This document shows positions 1 to 8,948 of a stretch of DNA of 64,000 bases, in pieces. Numbering within the stretch: position 1 is the first letter of the stretch; the number at the start of each line of letters is the position of its first letter. The notes under the pieces are model-generated. The model saw only the letters and a program-made list of their open reading frames with translations, did no database searches and had not been told where the DNA came from. The stretch spans positions 12,948 through 76,947 of the forward strand of contig NZ_DASYJG010000061.1 of NCBI RefSeq assembly GCF_035996765.1, given 5' to 3'. Made by a program: the position numbers and the translations under genes. This stretch comes from Baekduia sp. (GTDB lineage: Bacteria; Actinomycetota; Thermoleophilia; Solirubrobacterales; Solirubrobacteraceae).

Positions 1-1
1 C

Positions 2-1027
2 CTGCAGTGGCAGGACGGCAGCGACGTCGTCGCCTCGCCGCGCCAGGTCCTGCGCCGCCAGCTCGCCCGCCTGCAGGAGCGCGGCTGGATCGCCAACGCC
101 GGCTCGGAGTTGGAGTTCATCTTGTTCGAGGACAGCTACGAGGCCGCATGGGACAAGGGCTACGTCGGCCTCACCCCGGCCAACCGCTACAACGTGGACT
201 ACTCGATCCTCGGGACGACGCGCGTCGAGCCGCTGCTGCGCGCCATCCGCAACGCGATGTCCGGCGCCGGGATGCGCGTCGAGGACTCCAAGGGCGAGTG
301 CAACCTCGGCCAGCACGAGATCAACTTCCACTACAGCGACGCGCTGACGACCTGCGACCGCCACGTCGTCTTCAAGAACGGCGCCAAGGAGATCGCCGCC
401 CAGCACGGCCAGGCGATCACGTTCATGGCCAAGTACAACGAGCGCGAGGGCAACTCGTGCCACCTGCACCTCTCGCTGGCCGACCTGACGAGCGGCGACA
501 ACATCTTCGCCACCGACGACGCGCTCTTCGACGCCTTCCTGGCCGGCGCGATCGCCGGGCTGCGCGAGCTGACGCTGCTGCTCGCCCCCAACATCAACTC
601 CTACAAGCGCTTCGCCGCGGGCTCCTTCGCGCCGACCGCCGTCGCCTGGGGCAACGACAACCGCACGTGCGCCTTCCGCGTGGTCGGCCACGGGCCGGGG
701 CGGCGCTTCGAGTGCCGCCTGCCGGGCGGTGACGTCAACCCCTACCTGGCGCTCGCGGGCCTCATCGCCGCGGGCCTGCACGGCGTCGACCAGCAGCTGG
801 CCCTGCCGCCGGTCTTCGAGGGCAACGCCTACACCGCCGAGGACGTCGAGCACGTCCCGACGACGCTGCGCGAGGCGCGAGCGCTCTTCGCCGAGAGCGC
901 GATCGCCCGCGAGGCGCTCGGCGAGGAGGTCATCGCCCACTACCTCAACATGGCCGACGTGGAGCTGGCCGCCTACGATGCAGCCGTCACCGACTGGGAG
1001 CGCGTGCGCGGCTTCGAGCGGTTGTGA
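2..1027 (+). CDS. Glutamine synthetase family protein (gamma-glutamyl-amine ligase type), 5' partial
   Basis: Frame is open from the window edge (LQWQDGSDVVASPRQVLRRQ..GSELEF); GS motifs GQHEINF, GNSCHLHLSL, WGNDNRT, RFECRLPGGDVNPY. Confidence 0.9.
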   Translation: MQWQDGSDVVASPRQVLRRQLARLQERGWIANAGSELEFILFEDSYEAAWDKGYVGLTPANRYNVDYSILGTTRVEPLLRAIRNAMSGAGMRVEDSKGECNLGQHEINFHYSDALTTCDRHVVFKNGAKEIAAQHGQAITFMAKYNEREGNSCHLHLSLADLTSGDNIFATDDALFDAFLAGAIAGLRELTLLLAPNINSYKRFAAGSFAPTAVAWGNDNRTCAFRVVGHGPGRRFECRLPGGDVNPYLALAGLIAAGLHGVDQQLALPPVFEGNAYTAEDVEHVPTTLREARALFAESAIAREALGEEVIAHYLNMADVELAAYDAAVTDWERVRGFERL

Positions 1028-1028
1028 G

Positions 1029-1772
1029 ATGAGCACCCAGACCCCCGCCTCCTCCGATCTCCCCTCCTTCGAGACCGTCTTCGCGCCGGTGCGCTCCCAG
1101 ACGGCCTTCGAGGAGACGCTCGAGCGGTTGGGGACGGCGATCAAGCTCGGCCTGCTCGCCCCCGGCGCGCGGCTGCCGGCCGAGCGGGAACTCTGCACGC
1201 GGCTGGAGATCTCGCGCTCGACGCTGCGTCAGGCGCTCACCGCGCTGGCCCAGAGCGGCCACCTGCACGCGGTGCGCGGCCGCGGCGGCGGCACGTTCGT
1301 CGCCGAGCGCCCGCCGCCGCTGGACCCGCCGTCGCGCGCCGTGCTCGCCTCCTGGCACGACGCGTGCGACGTGCGTTTGGGCGTCGAGCTCGGGATCGCC
1401 GCGCTGGCCGCCACCCGCGCGCTGGAAGACGAGCTCGCGCCGCTCGACGAGCTCGTCGGCGCGATGGACGACATGACCGAGGACTTCGCCGGCTACCGGC
1501 AGGCCGACGTGCGCTTCCACATCGGTCTGGCCGAGGCGACCCACAGCCCGCGCCTGGTCGCGCTGGCCACCGAGGCCCAGGGGCAGATGACCGACCTCAT
1601 CTCCTACATCGCCCACCCGCCGGAGATCCTCGAGCATGCGAACGCTCAGCATGCGCAGCTGTTGACGCGTATACGTGCGCATGACAGCGATGGCGCGGTG
1701 CGGATCATGGCTGAGCATTTGCGCGGCACCGAACTGGTCCTGGCGGGTCTGCTCCCCGGCGCGCGGGACTAG
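1029..1772 (+). CDS. GntR/FadR family transcriptional regulator
   Basis: ATG 1 bp after the GS stop; HTH LPAERELCTRLEISRSTLRQAL..RGRGGGTFV and FCD domain ADVRFH. Confidence 0.9.
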   Translation: MSTQTPASSDLPSFETVFAPVRSQTAFEETLERLGTAIKLGLLAPGARLPAERELCTRLEISRSTLRQALTALAQSGHLHAVRGRGGGTFVAERPPPLDPPSRAVLASWHDACDVRLGVELGIAALAATRALEDELAPLDELVGAMDDMTEDFAGYRQADVRFHIGLAEATHSPRLVALATEAQGQMTDLISYIAHPPEILEHANAQHAQLLTRIRAHDSDGAVRIMAEHLRGTELVLAGLLPGARD

Positions 1773-2248
1773 GCCGCCGGCTGCCCGGCCATCGCCGCAT
1801 CCAGCCCCTCGCGCGCCTGCCGCCGAACCTTGCCCTGAATGATCGGCGTCCAGCCGAGCAGCAGCCCCGCCGGACCCAGCGCCTGCCGGGCCCAGCCGTA
1901 GAAGGAGAAACGATCGTGATGGGTGTGGATCAACCCATCATGGAACGTGAACTCAGCGTGGACATCGTTGTGCACGCGCCGGCCGGTCGCCGCGAACGTG
2001 TAGTCGGCCAGCCAGTGCGCGCTGCCGCGCTCGTCATGGGCCTCGTGGGCGACGAGCTCGATCTTGAGGTCCTTGGCGCGACCGGTGAGCATGACCCACA
2101 TGGCGCCCGCCTCCTCGCCGTGCAGATCCTGGAAGACCGGGTCGGAGAAGTGGACGTCGGGCGCGTAGCAGGCGGCCATCGCGGCGCCGTCAAGCGCGTT
2201 GAAGGCGGTGTAGAAGCGTTCGATCAGCTCGGCGTGAGGATGGGCCAT
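1769..2248 (-). CDS. NTF2/SnoaL-like protein
   Basis: LIERFYTAF..MAACYAPDVHFSDPVF..GLIHTHHDRF pattern. Confidence 0.85.
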   Translation of the reverse strand: MAHPHAELIERFYTAFNALDGAAMAACYAPDVHFSDPVFQDLHGEEAGAMWVMLTGRAKDLKIELVAHEAHDERGSAHWLADYTFAATGRRVHNDVHAEFTFHDGLIHTHHDRFSFYGWARQALGPAGLLLGWTPIIQGKVRRQAREGLDAAMAGQPAA

Positions 2249-2269
2249 CAGCCGACGCTACCTGACCGC

Positions 2270-2674
2270 TCAGTCCGACAGCGCGCTGGGATCGGACGGC
2301 ACGTCGACGGCGTGCTCCCGAAGCGCCTCGAGCGGGACAACCTCGAGCGCGCGCTCGTGGGTGGAGGCCAACACGACGTAGGCCGCGGCGCCGTCGTGAT
2401 AGGCACGCAGCCAGTTCACCGCGGTCACACACCAGCGGTCACCGGGCACCAGGCCGGGAAAGCGGTACTGCGGCATCGGCGTGGTGAGATCGTTGCCGAT
2501 GCCCTTCTGGTGGGCCAGGAACTCCGAAGTCATCACCGCGCAGATCGTGTGGCTGCCGAGATCCTCGGCGCCGGTACTGCAGCAGCCGTCGCGATAGAAG
2601 CCCGTGAGCGGGTCGGTGCCGCAGGGCTCGAGATCGTCGCCCAGAACGTTGCGCTCGGTCTCAGGCTCGTTCAC
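2270..2674 (-). CDS. DUF2237 family protein
   Basis: NVLG..LEPC..DPLTGFYRDGCC..H.ICA..FPGL.PGDRWC signature. Confidence 0.9.
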   Translation of the reverse strand: MNEPETERNVLGDDLEPCGTDPLTGFYRDGCCSTGAEDLGSHTICAVMTSEFLAHQKGIGNDLTTPMPQYRFPGLVPGDRWCVTAVNWLRAYHDGAAAYVVLASTHERALEVVPLEALREHAVDVPSDPSALSD

Positions 2675-2708
2675 CCAGCCAGTATCGCGGATCGCCTGCG
2701 CGACGGCC

Positions 2709-4553
2709 CTACGCCGGCTCGGTCCGCGGCGCGCGGGCGGGCGGGGGCGCGATCACGCGCGGCACCTCGCTGAAGTCCGTCGCCACCGCACCGAGGACGG
2801 TCCGCAGCCACGCGCGCTCAGCCTCGCCCGCGACGCGCATCCGGCGCTCGATCCACGCCGTCACCTGCTGCCGTGCGCCGATCACGAGCACCGTGCCGCA
2901 GACCGCGTAGCGACCATCGGCGAGCACCACCAGGCTGCCGGGTGCATCGCGGCGCAGGCGCAGGAGGTCGATGACCTCCTGGCCGGCCACCGTCGCCGGG
3001 CGCGTCGCGTCGCCGTCGCCCTCGGTCCACGGGCGCGCCGTGAAGATCGACGACGCGCTGCGCACCTGCCGCGCCGGGCGGGCGCGCGGGCCGATCGGCC
3101 CGCTGCGCCAGGAGCTGGTGAGCGAGACGAGCTGGCGCGAGGCCTCCTCGCGGTAGAGCACGTGGAGACGATCGCCGGCAGCCACGCGCGTCGAACCGCG
3201 CGGCGGGATCGCCTGGCCGTCGCGCACGATCACGTTGATCACCGCCTCGCGCGGGAGGCCGAGGTCGCGCACGGCCAGGCCGACGATCGCGTCGTCGGCG
3301 ACCACCGGGAACTCCAGCACCTCGGCGCCGAGCCGGCGGATCGTCCCCGACTCGGCCAGCGGCCGCGGGAGCGCGGGATCATCGGTGGTCACGCCCAGGC
3401 GCTTGGCGAACGGCTCGAAGGTCGTGCCCTGCACGATCGTCGAGAGCAAGACCACGAAGAACACGATGTTGAAGAACTCGTGGCTGCGCGGGATGTGCTC
3501 GATGACCGGGAAGGTCGCCAGCACGACCGGCACGGCCCCGCGCAGGCCCGCCCAACCGACCACCGCCTGCTCACGGATCGTGAAGCCGAAGGGCGCCAGC
3601 GAGATCACCGTCGCCAGCGGCCGCGCGACGAAGACCAGGACGATCGCCAGCACCGTCCCCTCCAGCGCCACGCCACCGAGGTCGGACGGGAAGACGAGCA
3701 GGCCGAGGACCAGGAACATCGACAACTGCGCGACCCACGCCATGCCCTCGTGGAAGGTCGCGATCGTCTGCTTGGCCGGGATCGCCGCCGAGCCGAGCGT
3801 CAGGCCGGTCAGGTAGACGGCGAGGAAGCCCGAGCCGTGGGCGGTGTCGGCGAGGCCGAAGGCCAGCGCGACCGAGGCCAGCGTGGCGACCGGGTAGAGG
3901 CCGGCGGTCGCCAGGCGCGCTTCGCGCAGCGCGAAGCTGAAGACGTAGCCGACGCCCAGGCCGACCACGCCGCCGATCGCGATCTGCCGGACGAAGAGCC
4001 AGGCGAAGTCCGCGACGCCGTAGTCAGGGTGCATCAGCTTCTGGATGAAGCCGAGCACGAGCAGGATGGCGATCGGGTCGTTCATCCCCGACTCGCCCTC
4101 GAGCGTGCGCGCGAGGCGGCGACGCAGCGTCGAGCCGCGCAGCAGCGCGAAGATCGCAGCGCCGTCGGTGCCCGCCACGATCGCGCCGACCAGCAGCCCT
4201 TCGGTGGTGTTGAAGTCAAAGAGCCACGCCGCGACCAGGCCGGTCACCGCGGCGGTGATCAGCGTGCCGACGACGGCGAGCGTCAGCGACGGGCCGAGCA
4301 CCGGCCGGATCTCGGGGAAGCCCGCGGCCAGGCCGCCCTCGAAGAGGATCAGCGCGAGCGCGACGATCCCGACCGTGCGCGCGAGCGCGTAGTCGTTGAA
4401 GTCGATCCAGCCCGCGCCGTCGCTGCCGACCGCCATGCCGACGCCGAGGAACAGCACCAGTCCGGGGACGCGCACCCGTGAGGCCAGCAACGAGGCCAGC
4501 AGGCCGGCAGACAGGAGCGCGCCCACGATGAGGATGCGCTCGCCGTCGTGCAC
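2709..4553 (-). CDS. K+/H+ antiporter (CvrA/NhaP2) with TrkA-C (RCK_C) domain and C-terminal extension
   Basis: Multi-TM protein with TDGAA, LEGESGMND, GLRGAVP motifs; GTG start chosen at 4553. Confidence 0.9.
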   Translation of the reverse strand: MHDGERILIVGALLSAGLLASLLASRVRVPGLVLFLGVGMAVGSDGAGWIDFNDYALARTVGIVALALILFEGGLAAGFPEIRPVLGPSLTLAVVGTLITAAVTGLVAAWLFDFNTTEGLLVGAIVAGTDGAAIFALLRGSTLRRRLARTLEGESGMNDPIAILLVLGFIQKLMHPDYGVADFAWLFVRQIAIGGVVGLGVGYVFSFALREARLATAGLYPVATLASVALAFGLADTAHGSGFLAVYLTGLTLGSAAIPAKQTIATFHEGMAWVAQLSMFLVLGLLVFPSDLGGVALEGTVLAIVLVFVARPLATVISLAPFGFTIREQAVVGWAGLRGAVPVVLATFPVIEHIPRSHEFFNIVFFVVLLSTIVQGTTFEPFAKRLGVTTDDPALPRPLAESGTIRRLGAEVLEFPVVADDAIVGLAVRDLGLPREAVINVIVRDGQAIPPRGSTRVAAGDRLHVLYREEASRQLVSLTSSWRSGPIGPRARPARQVRSASSIFTARPWTEGDGDATRPATVAGQEVIDLLRLRRDAPGSLVVLADGRYAVCGTVLVIGARQQVTAWIERRMRVAGEAERAWLRTVLGAVATDFSEVPRVIAPPPARAPRTEPA

Positions 4554-4688
4554 CTCGACACCATGGCACATGCGGTTTGGACGCGGTTGTGGCGAACAGC
4601 ACTTGACTTCGGTCCGGGGCCGGGCGTAGATTCGCCGCGCCGTCCTAAGGATGGCTGACCACACCTTTTCGGAGAGGAAAGCACGCGC

Positions 4689-6278
4689 ATGGCCAACGTG
4701 GACGCCGCCGTCGCCTCGAGTGATGAACAGCGGCTTGCTGAGCTGGGCTACAAGCAGGAGCTGAGTCGCAGCTGGAGCGGGTTCCAGAACTTCGCGATCT
4801 CGTTCACCATCATCTCGGTCCTCGCCGGGTGCTTTACGACCTACTACCAGGCGTGGAACAACGGTGGACCGGTCGCGATCTCCTGGGGCTGGCCGATCAT
4901 CTCGGCGTTCATCCTCATCATCGCCTTCTGCATGTCAGAGCTCGTGTCGGCGTACCCGACCGCGGGTGGCATCTACTGGTGGGCGTCCAAGCTCGGCGGT
5001 CCTGTCTGGGGCTGGTTCACGGGCTGGTTCAACCTCCTGGGACTCATCGCCATCCTCGCGTCGGTCGACTACTTCGCCGGTCAGTTCCTGGGCGTGATCC
5101 TCGGGCTCTACAACGTGGACATCCTGGGGCTGAACTTCGGGGACGCCCTCCACGGACTGCGAGAGACGTTCATCCTCTTCGCGTTGATCCTCGGGTTGCA
5201 CGTGGCCATCAACATCCGCGGCAGCCACCTCGTCGCGATGTTCAACGGCGTCTCGGTGTGGTGGCACATCCTGGGCGTCGCGGCGATCGTCGTCGTCCTG
5301 ATCTTCGCGCCGAGCAAGCACGCCAGCGCGGACTTCGTCTTCACCCACACCATCAACAACTCGGGCTTCGGCCACGGGATGTTCTGGTTCTACGTACTGC
5401 CGCTCGGCTTCCTGCTGACGCAGTACACGATCACCGGCTTCGACGCCTCCGCACATATCTCCGAGGAAACCCACGACGCCGCCGAATCGGCGCCGAAGGG
5501 CGTCTGGCGCTCGGTCTTCTACTCGGCCGTGATCGGCTACATCGTGCTCCTGGCGATCACGTTCGCCGCCAGCAACGAGAAGGCCGTCACCGAGGGTGGC
5601 GGCACGGTCTTCGCCGTCTTCGAGAGCTCGATGGGCAGCGGCTGGGTGAAGTTCATCCTGATCATCGCGGTCATCGGCCAGCTGTTCTGCGGCATGAGCT
5701 GCATGACCAGCGCGTCGCGCATGATGTACGCCTTCAGCCGTGACGGCGCCGTACCCGGCTGGCGGATCTGGAGCCGCGTCAACGACAACAAGATCCCCTT
5801 CAACGCGGTGATGGCGGTCGCCGTCCTCGCGCTGATCCTCACGCTGCCGGCGCTGAAGGGCAATAAGGCCGGCCTGACGGTGGCCTTCACGGCGGTGGTG
5901 TCGATCGGGGTGATCGGGTTGTACATCGCCTATGCGATCCCGATCTGGCTGCGCTGGCGGATGGGCAACAGGTTCGTGACCGGCCCCTGGAACCTCGGCG
6001 AGAAGTACAAGTGGATGAACCTGGTGGCGGTGATCGAGGTCATCATCATCGTGGTCGTGTACTTCAACCTGCCGTTCAGCTCCTCCGGCGTGCCGTGGGA
6101 GAGCGACTTCGACTGGTCGCTCTTCAACTACACGCCGGTGGTGACCGGTGGCGTCTTCCTCGCGGTCGGCGCCTGGTGGCTGCTGCGCGCGCGGCATACG
6201 TTCACCGGCCCGCGCCACACGATCCAAGAGCTCGACGCGGAGATCGGCGCGGCGCCGCCGCTGGCCGAGGCGCCGTAG
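4689..6278 (+). CDS. APC-family amino acid/polyamine permease
   Basis: LGYKQEL.R..NFAISF, YPTAGG.Y.W, GFDASAH.SEE; GGAGAGG RBS upstream. Confidence 0.9.
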   Translation: MANVDAAVASSDEQRLAELGYKQELSRSWSGFQNFAISFTIISVLAGCFTTYYQAWNNGGPVAISWGWPIISAFILIIAFCMSELVSAYPTAGGIYWWASKLGGPVWGWFTGWFNLLGLIAILASVDYFAGQFLGVILGLYNVDILGLNFGDALHGLRETFILFALILGLHVAINIRGSHLVAMFNGVSVWWHILGVAAIVVVLIFAPSKHASADFVFTHTINNSGFGHGMFWFYVLPLGFLLTQYTITGFDASAHISEETHDAAESAPKGVWRSVFYSAVIGYIVLLAITFAASNEKAVTEGGGTVFAVFESSMGSGWVKFILIIAVIGQLFCGMSCMTSASRMMYAFSRDGAVPGWRIWSRVNDNKIPFNAVMAVAVLALILTLPALKGNKAGLTVAFTAVVSIGVIGLYIAYAIPIWLRWRMGNRFVTGPWNLGEKYKWMNLVAVIEVIIIVVVYFNLPFSSSGVPWESDFDWSLFNYTPVVTGGVFLAVGAWWLLRARHTFTGPRHTIQELDAEIGAAPPLAEAP

Positions 6279-6302
6279 ACCGCCGGCTCGCGCATCCAGC
6301 AC

Positions 6303-7673
6303 GTGACCGACGTTCTCGAAGTGCTGGAGCCCGCCACCGAGCGGCTCCTGCAAGAGGTCCCGCGCGTCGGCGTCGCCGAGGTCGACGCGGCCGTCGCGCG
6401 GGCCAAGGCCGCCTATCCAGGCTGGCGCGCGGTCGCGCCGGCCGACCGGGCCCGGCTGCTGCGGCGGGTGGTCGAGGCGATGGAGGGCGCTTGGGAGGAA
6501 CTGGCGCTGCTGGAGGCGCGCAACGCGGGCAAGCCGATCGCGTCGGCGCGTGGCGAGATCGGGATGGCGATCGAGACGTTCCGTTACTTCGCGGGCGCGC
6601 CGGAGCGGCCGTTTGGCGAGACGATCCCGGTCGCCGGCGGCATGGCCTTCACGGTCCGCGAGCCGCTGGGCGTCGTCGGGCTGATCACGCCGTGGAACTT
6701 CCCGCTGGCGATCGCCTGCTGGAAGATGGCGCCGGCGCTGGCGGCGGGCAACACGGTGGTGTTGAAGCCGGCGGAGCTGACGCCGCTGACGGCGCTGCGC
6801 TTCGCGTCGCTCGCGCTGGAGGCGGGACTGCCCGAGGGCGTCGTCAACGTGGTGGTCGGGCCGGGGCGCACGTGCGGGCAGCGGCTCGTCGAGCATCCGG
6901 ACGTGGCGAAGATCGCGTTCACGGGCTCGACGGCGGTGGGCGTGTCGATCGCTGCGGGCGCGGCGGCGACGATCAAGCGCGTGACGCTGGAGCTCGGCGG
7001 CAAGTCGGCTAACGTCGTCTTCGCCGACGCCGACGTGGAGGCGGCGGCGAGGGCCGCGCCGGGCGCTGTGTTCGACAACGCCGGCCAGGACTGCTGCGCG
7101 CGCTCGCGGATCCTGGTCGAGCGCAGCGCGGTGGATGAGTTCTTGTCGCACTTGGAAGGCGCGGTCCGCGCGATCCGTGTCGGCGACCCGCTCGACGCGG
7201 CGACCGAGATGGGGCCCTTGATCTCAGCGGCGCAACGCGACAGCGTCGCCTCGTTCGTCGACGGTGACGCCGAGGTGGCCATTCGCGGGTCGGTCCCCGA
7301 CGGTCCCGGCTTCTGGTTTCCGCCGACCGTCCTGTGGCCCGTGCCCCTCGACCACCGCGCGGTCGTCGACGAGATCTTCGGGCCGGTCGCTGTGATCGTG
7401 CCCTTCGACGGCGAGGCGGACGCGATCCGCATCGCCAACGACACCATCTACGGGCTCTCCGGCTCGGTGTGGACCCGGGACGGCGCGAAGGGGTTGCGCG
7501 TCGCCCGGGCCCTGGAGAGCGGCAACCTGTCCATCAACTCCAATAGCTCGGTGCGCGTCACCACGCCGTTCGGAGGCTTCAAGCAGTCCGGGTACGGCCG
7601 CGAGCTCGGGCCGCATGCGACCGACGCCTACACCGAGGTCAAGACCATCTTCTACAACACCGAAGGGAACTGA
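6303..7673 (+). CDS. Aldehyde dehydrogenase
   Basis: PWNFP, LKPAE.TP, FTGST, LELGGKS, GQDCC, EIFGPV. Confidence 0.95.
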   Translation: MTDVLEVLEPATERLLQEVPRVGVAEVDAAVARAKAAYPGWRAVAPADRARLLRRVVEAMEGAWEELALLEARNAGKPIASARGEIGMAIETFRYFAGAPERPFGETIPVAGGMAFTVREPLGVVGLITPWNFPLAIACWKMAPALAAGNTVVLKPAELTPLTALRFASLALEAGLPEGVVNVVVGPGRTCGQRLVEHPDVAKIAFTGSTAVGVSIAAGAAATIKRVTLELGGKSANVVFADADVEAAARAAPGAVFDNAGQDCCARSRILVERSAVDEFLSHLEGAVRAIRVGDPLDAATEMGPLISAAQRDSVASFVDGDAEVAIRGSVPDGPGFWFPPTVLWPVPLDHRAVVDEIFGPVAVIVPFDGEADAIRIANDTIYGLSGSVWTRDGAKGLRVARALESGNLSINSNSSVRVTTPFGGFKQSGYGRELGPHATDAYTEVKTIFYNTEGN

Positions 7674-8420
7674 GTGTCGGGTCGACTCGAGGGCAAGGTC
7701 GCGGTGGTCACGGGCGCGGCCGGGGGGATCGGCGCCGCGACCGTGGAGGTCTTCCAGCGTGAGGGCGCGATGGTGGTCGGCGTCGACCTATTGGACGGCG
7801 CACCGGGCGATCTGGCGTTGTCGGTCGACGTGACCGAGGAGTTCGCCGTCCAGCAGATGTACGCCCAGGTCGCCGAGCAGTACGGGCGGATCGACATCTT
7901 GTTCAACAACGCCGGCATCTCCCCCGACGATGACACGTCGGTGCTGGCGACGACGCTCGAGGCCTGGCAGCGTGTGCAGGACGTCAACCTGAAGTCGGTG
8001 TTCTTGTGTTGCAAGCACGGGATCCCGCACCTGCTTGAGGGCGGCGGCGGATCGGTGATCAACACCGCGTCCTTCGTCGCCGTGATGGGCTCGGCGACCT
8101 CCCAGATCTCCTATACCGCCTCCAAGGGCGGCGTGCTCGCCCTGACCCGCGAGCTCGGCGTCGAGTTCGCGCGGTCGGGCGTCCGCGTCAACGCGTTGTG
8201 TCCCGGCCCGGTCGACACACCGCTGCTCCAAGAGCTCTTCGCCAAGGACCCCGAGCGGGCGCGGCGGAGGTTGGTGCATGTGCCAATGGGGCGTTTCGGC
8301 ACGGCGGAGGAGATCGCCAACGGCGTGCTGTTCCTGGCGTCGGACGAGTCGTCGTTCATGACGGCGTCGACGTTCTTGATGGACGGCGGGCTGTCGGGGG
8401 CGTATGTGACGCCGGAGTAG
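7674..8420 (+). CDS. Short-chain dehydrogenase/reductase (3-oxoacyl-ACP reductase-like)
   Basis: TGAAGGIG, NNAG, YTASK. Confidence 0.9.
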   Translation: MSGRLEGKVAVVTGAAGGIGAATVEVFQREGAMVVGVDLLDGAPGDLALSVDVTEEFAVQQMYAQVAEQYGRIDILFNNAGISPDDDTSVLATTLEAWQRVQDVNLKSVFLCCKHGIPHLLEGGGGSVINTASFVAVMGSATSQISYTASKGGVLALTRELGVEFARSGVRVNALCPGPVDTPLLQELFAKDPERARRRLVHVPMGRFGTAEEIANGVLFLASDESSFMTASTFLMDGGLSGAYVTPE

Positions 8421-8460
8421 TGGGCCGGTGTGGCGCAAACACGAGTGGCGCCCAGTGCAA

Positions 8461-8905
8461 GCGTTGGCCGCGGGCGCGTAACGTGGTGTGGCGGCACCGA
8501 GGGAGTGAGCGGGAGTGGCAGCTCGCCGCCCCGGGGTCGTCCGCCAGCGCCGGGGCAGGCAATTCGGCCGCGAAACACACTCGACGACACGGAACCCGCG
8601 CATATCGCGGGTTCGGTGTCGTTCGTGAACTCGATCGCACATCGACCGCGCATATGACGGTCAAGGTGCGATCGACGCAACGCACCTAGGGTGGGCCTGT
8701 TTGCGGACGCATACCGGCCGCAAAGAGGCCCACCCGCTCGCGGAGTGCGGCGGCTGACGGAAGTGGGCCTGTTTGCGGACGCGTGACGTCCGCAAACAGG
8801 CCCACCCTCCCGGGCGCTCGCGGACGACGAGCCAGCGCACCGGACAGCCGACCCGCTCACTCCCCTCGGTGCCGACAGACCCACGCAGCGCACCACGGCC
8901 AACGC
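8461..8905. repeat. Composite palindromic element: long imperfect inverted repeat enclosing four hairpins
   Basis: Outer IR pairs 8461-8470/8896-8905 and 8492-8513/8852-8874; hairpins 8584-8622, 8631-8675, 8689-8735, 8763-8805, each with a 5-nt loop. Confidence 0.85.
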
Positions 8906-8948
8906 CCGCGCCGAGCGCCAACGACGACCGACCCGCCGCTCCCAGGCC

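Noticed and set aside
8584-8805. Clustered hairpins read as a CRISPR array
   Set aside because: The units differ in sequence, spacing is irregular, at most two are alike, and there are no cas genes.
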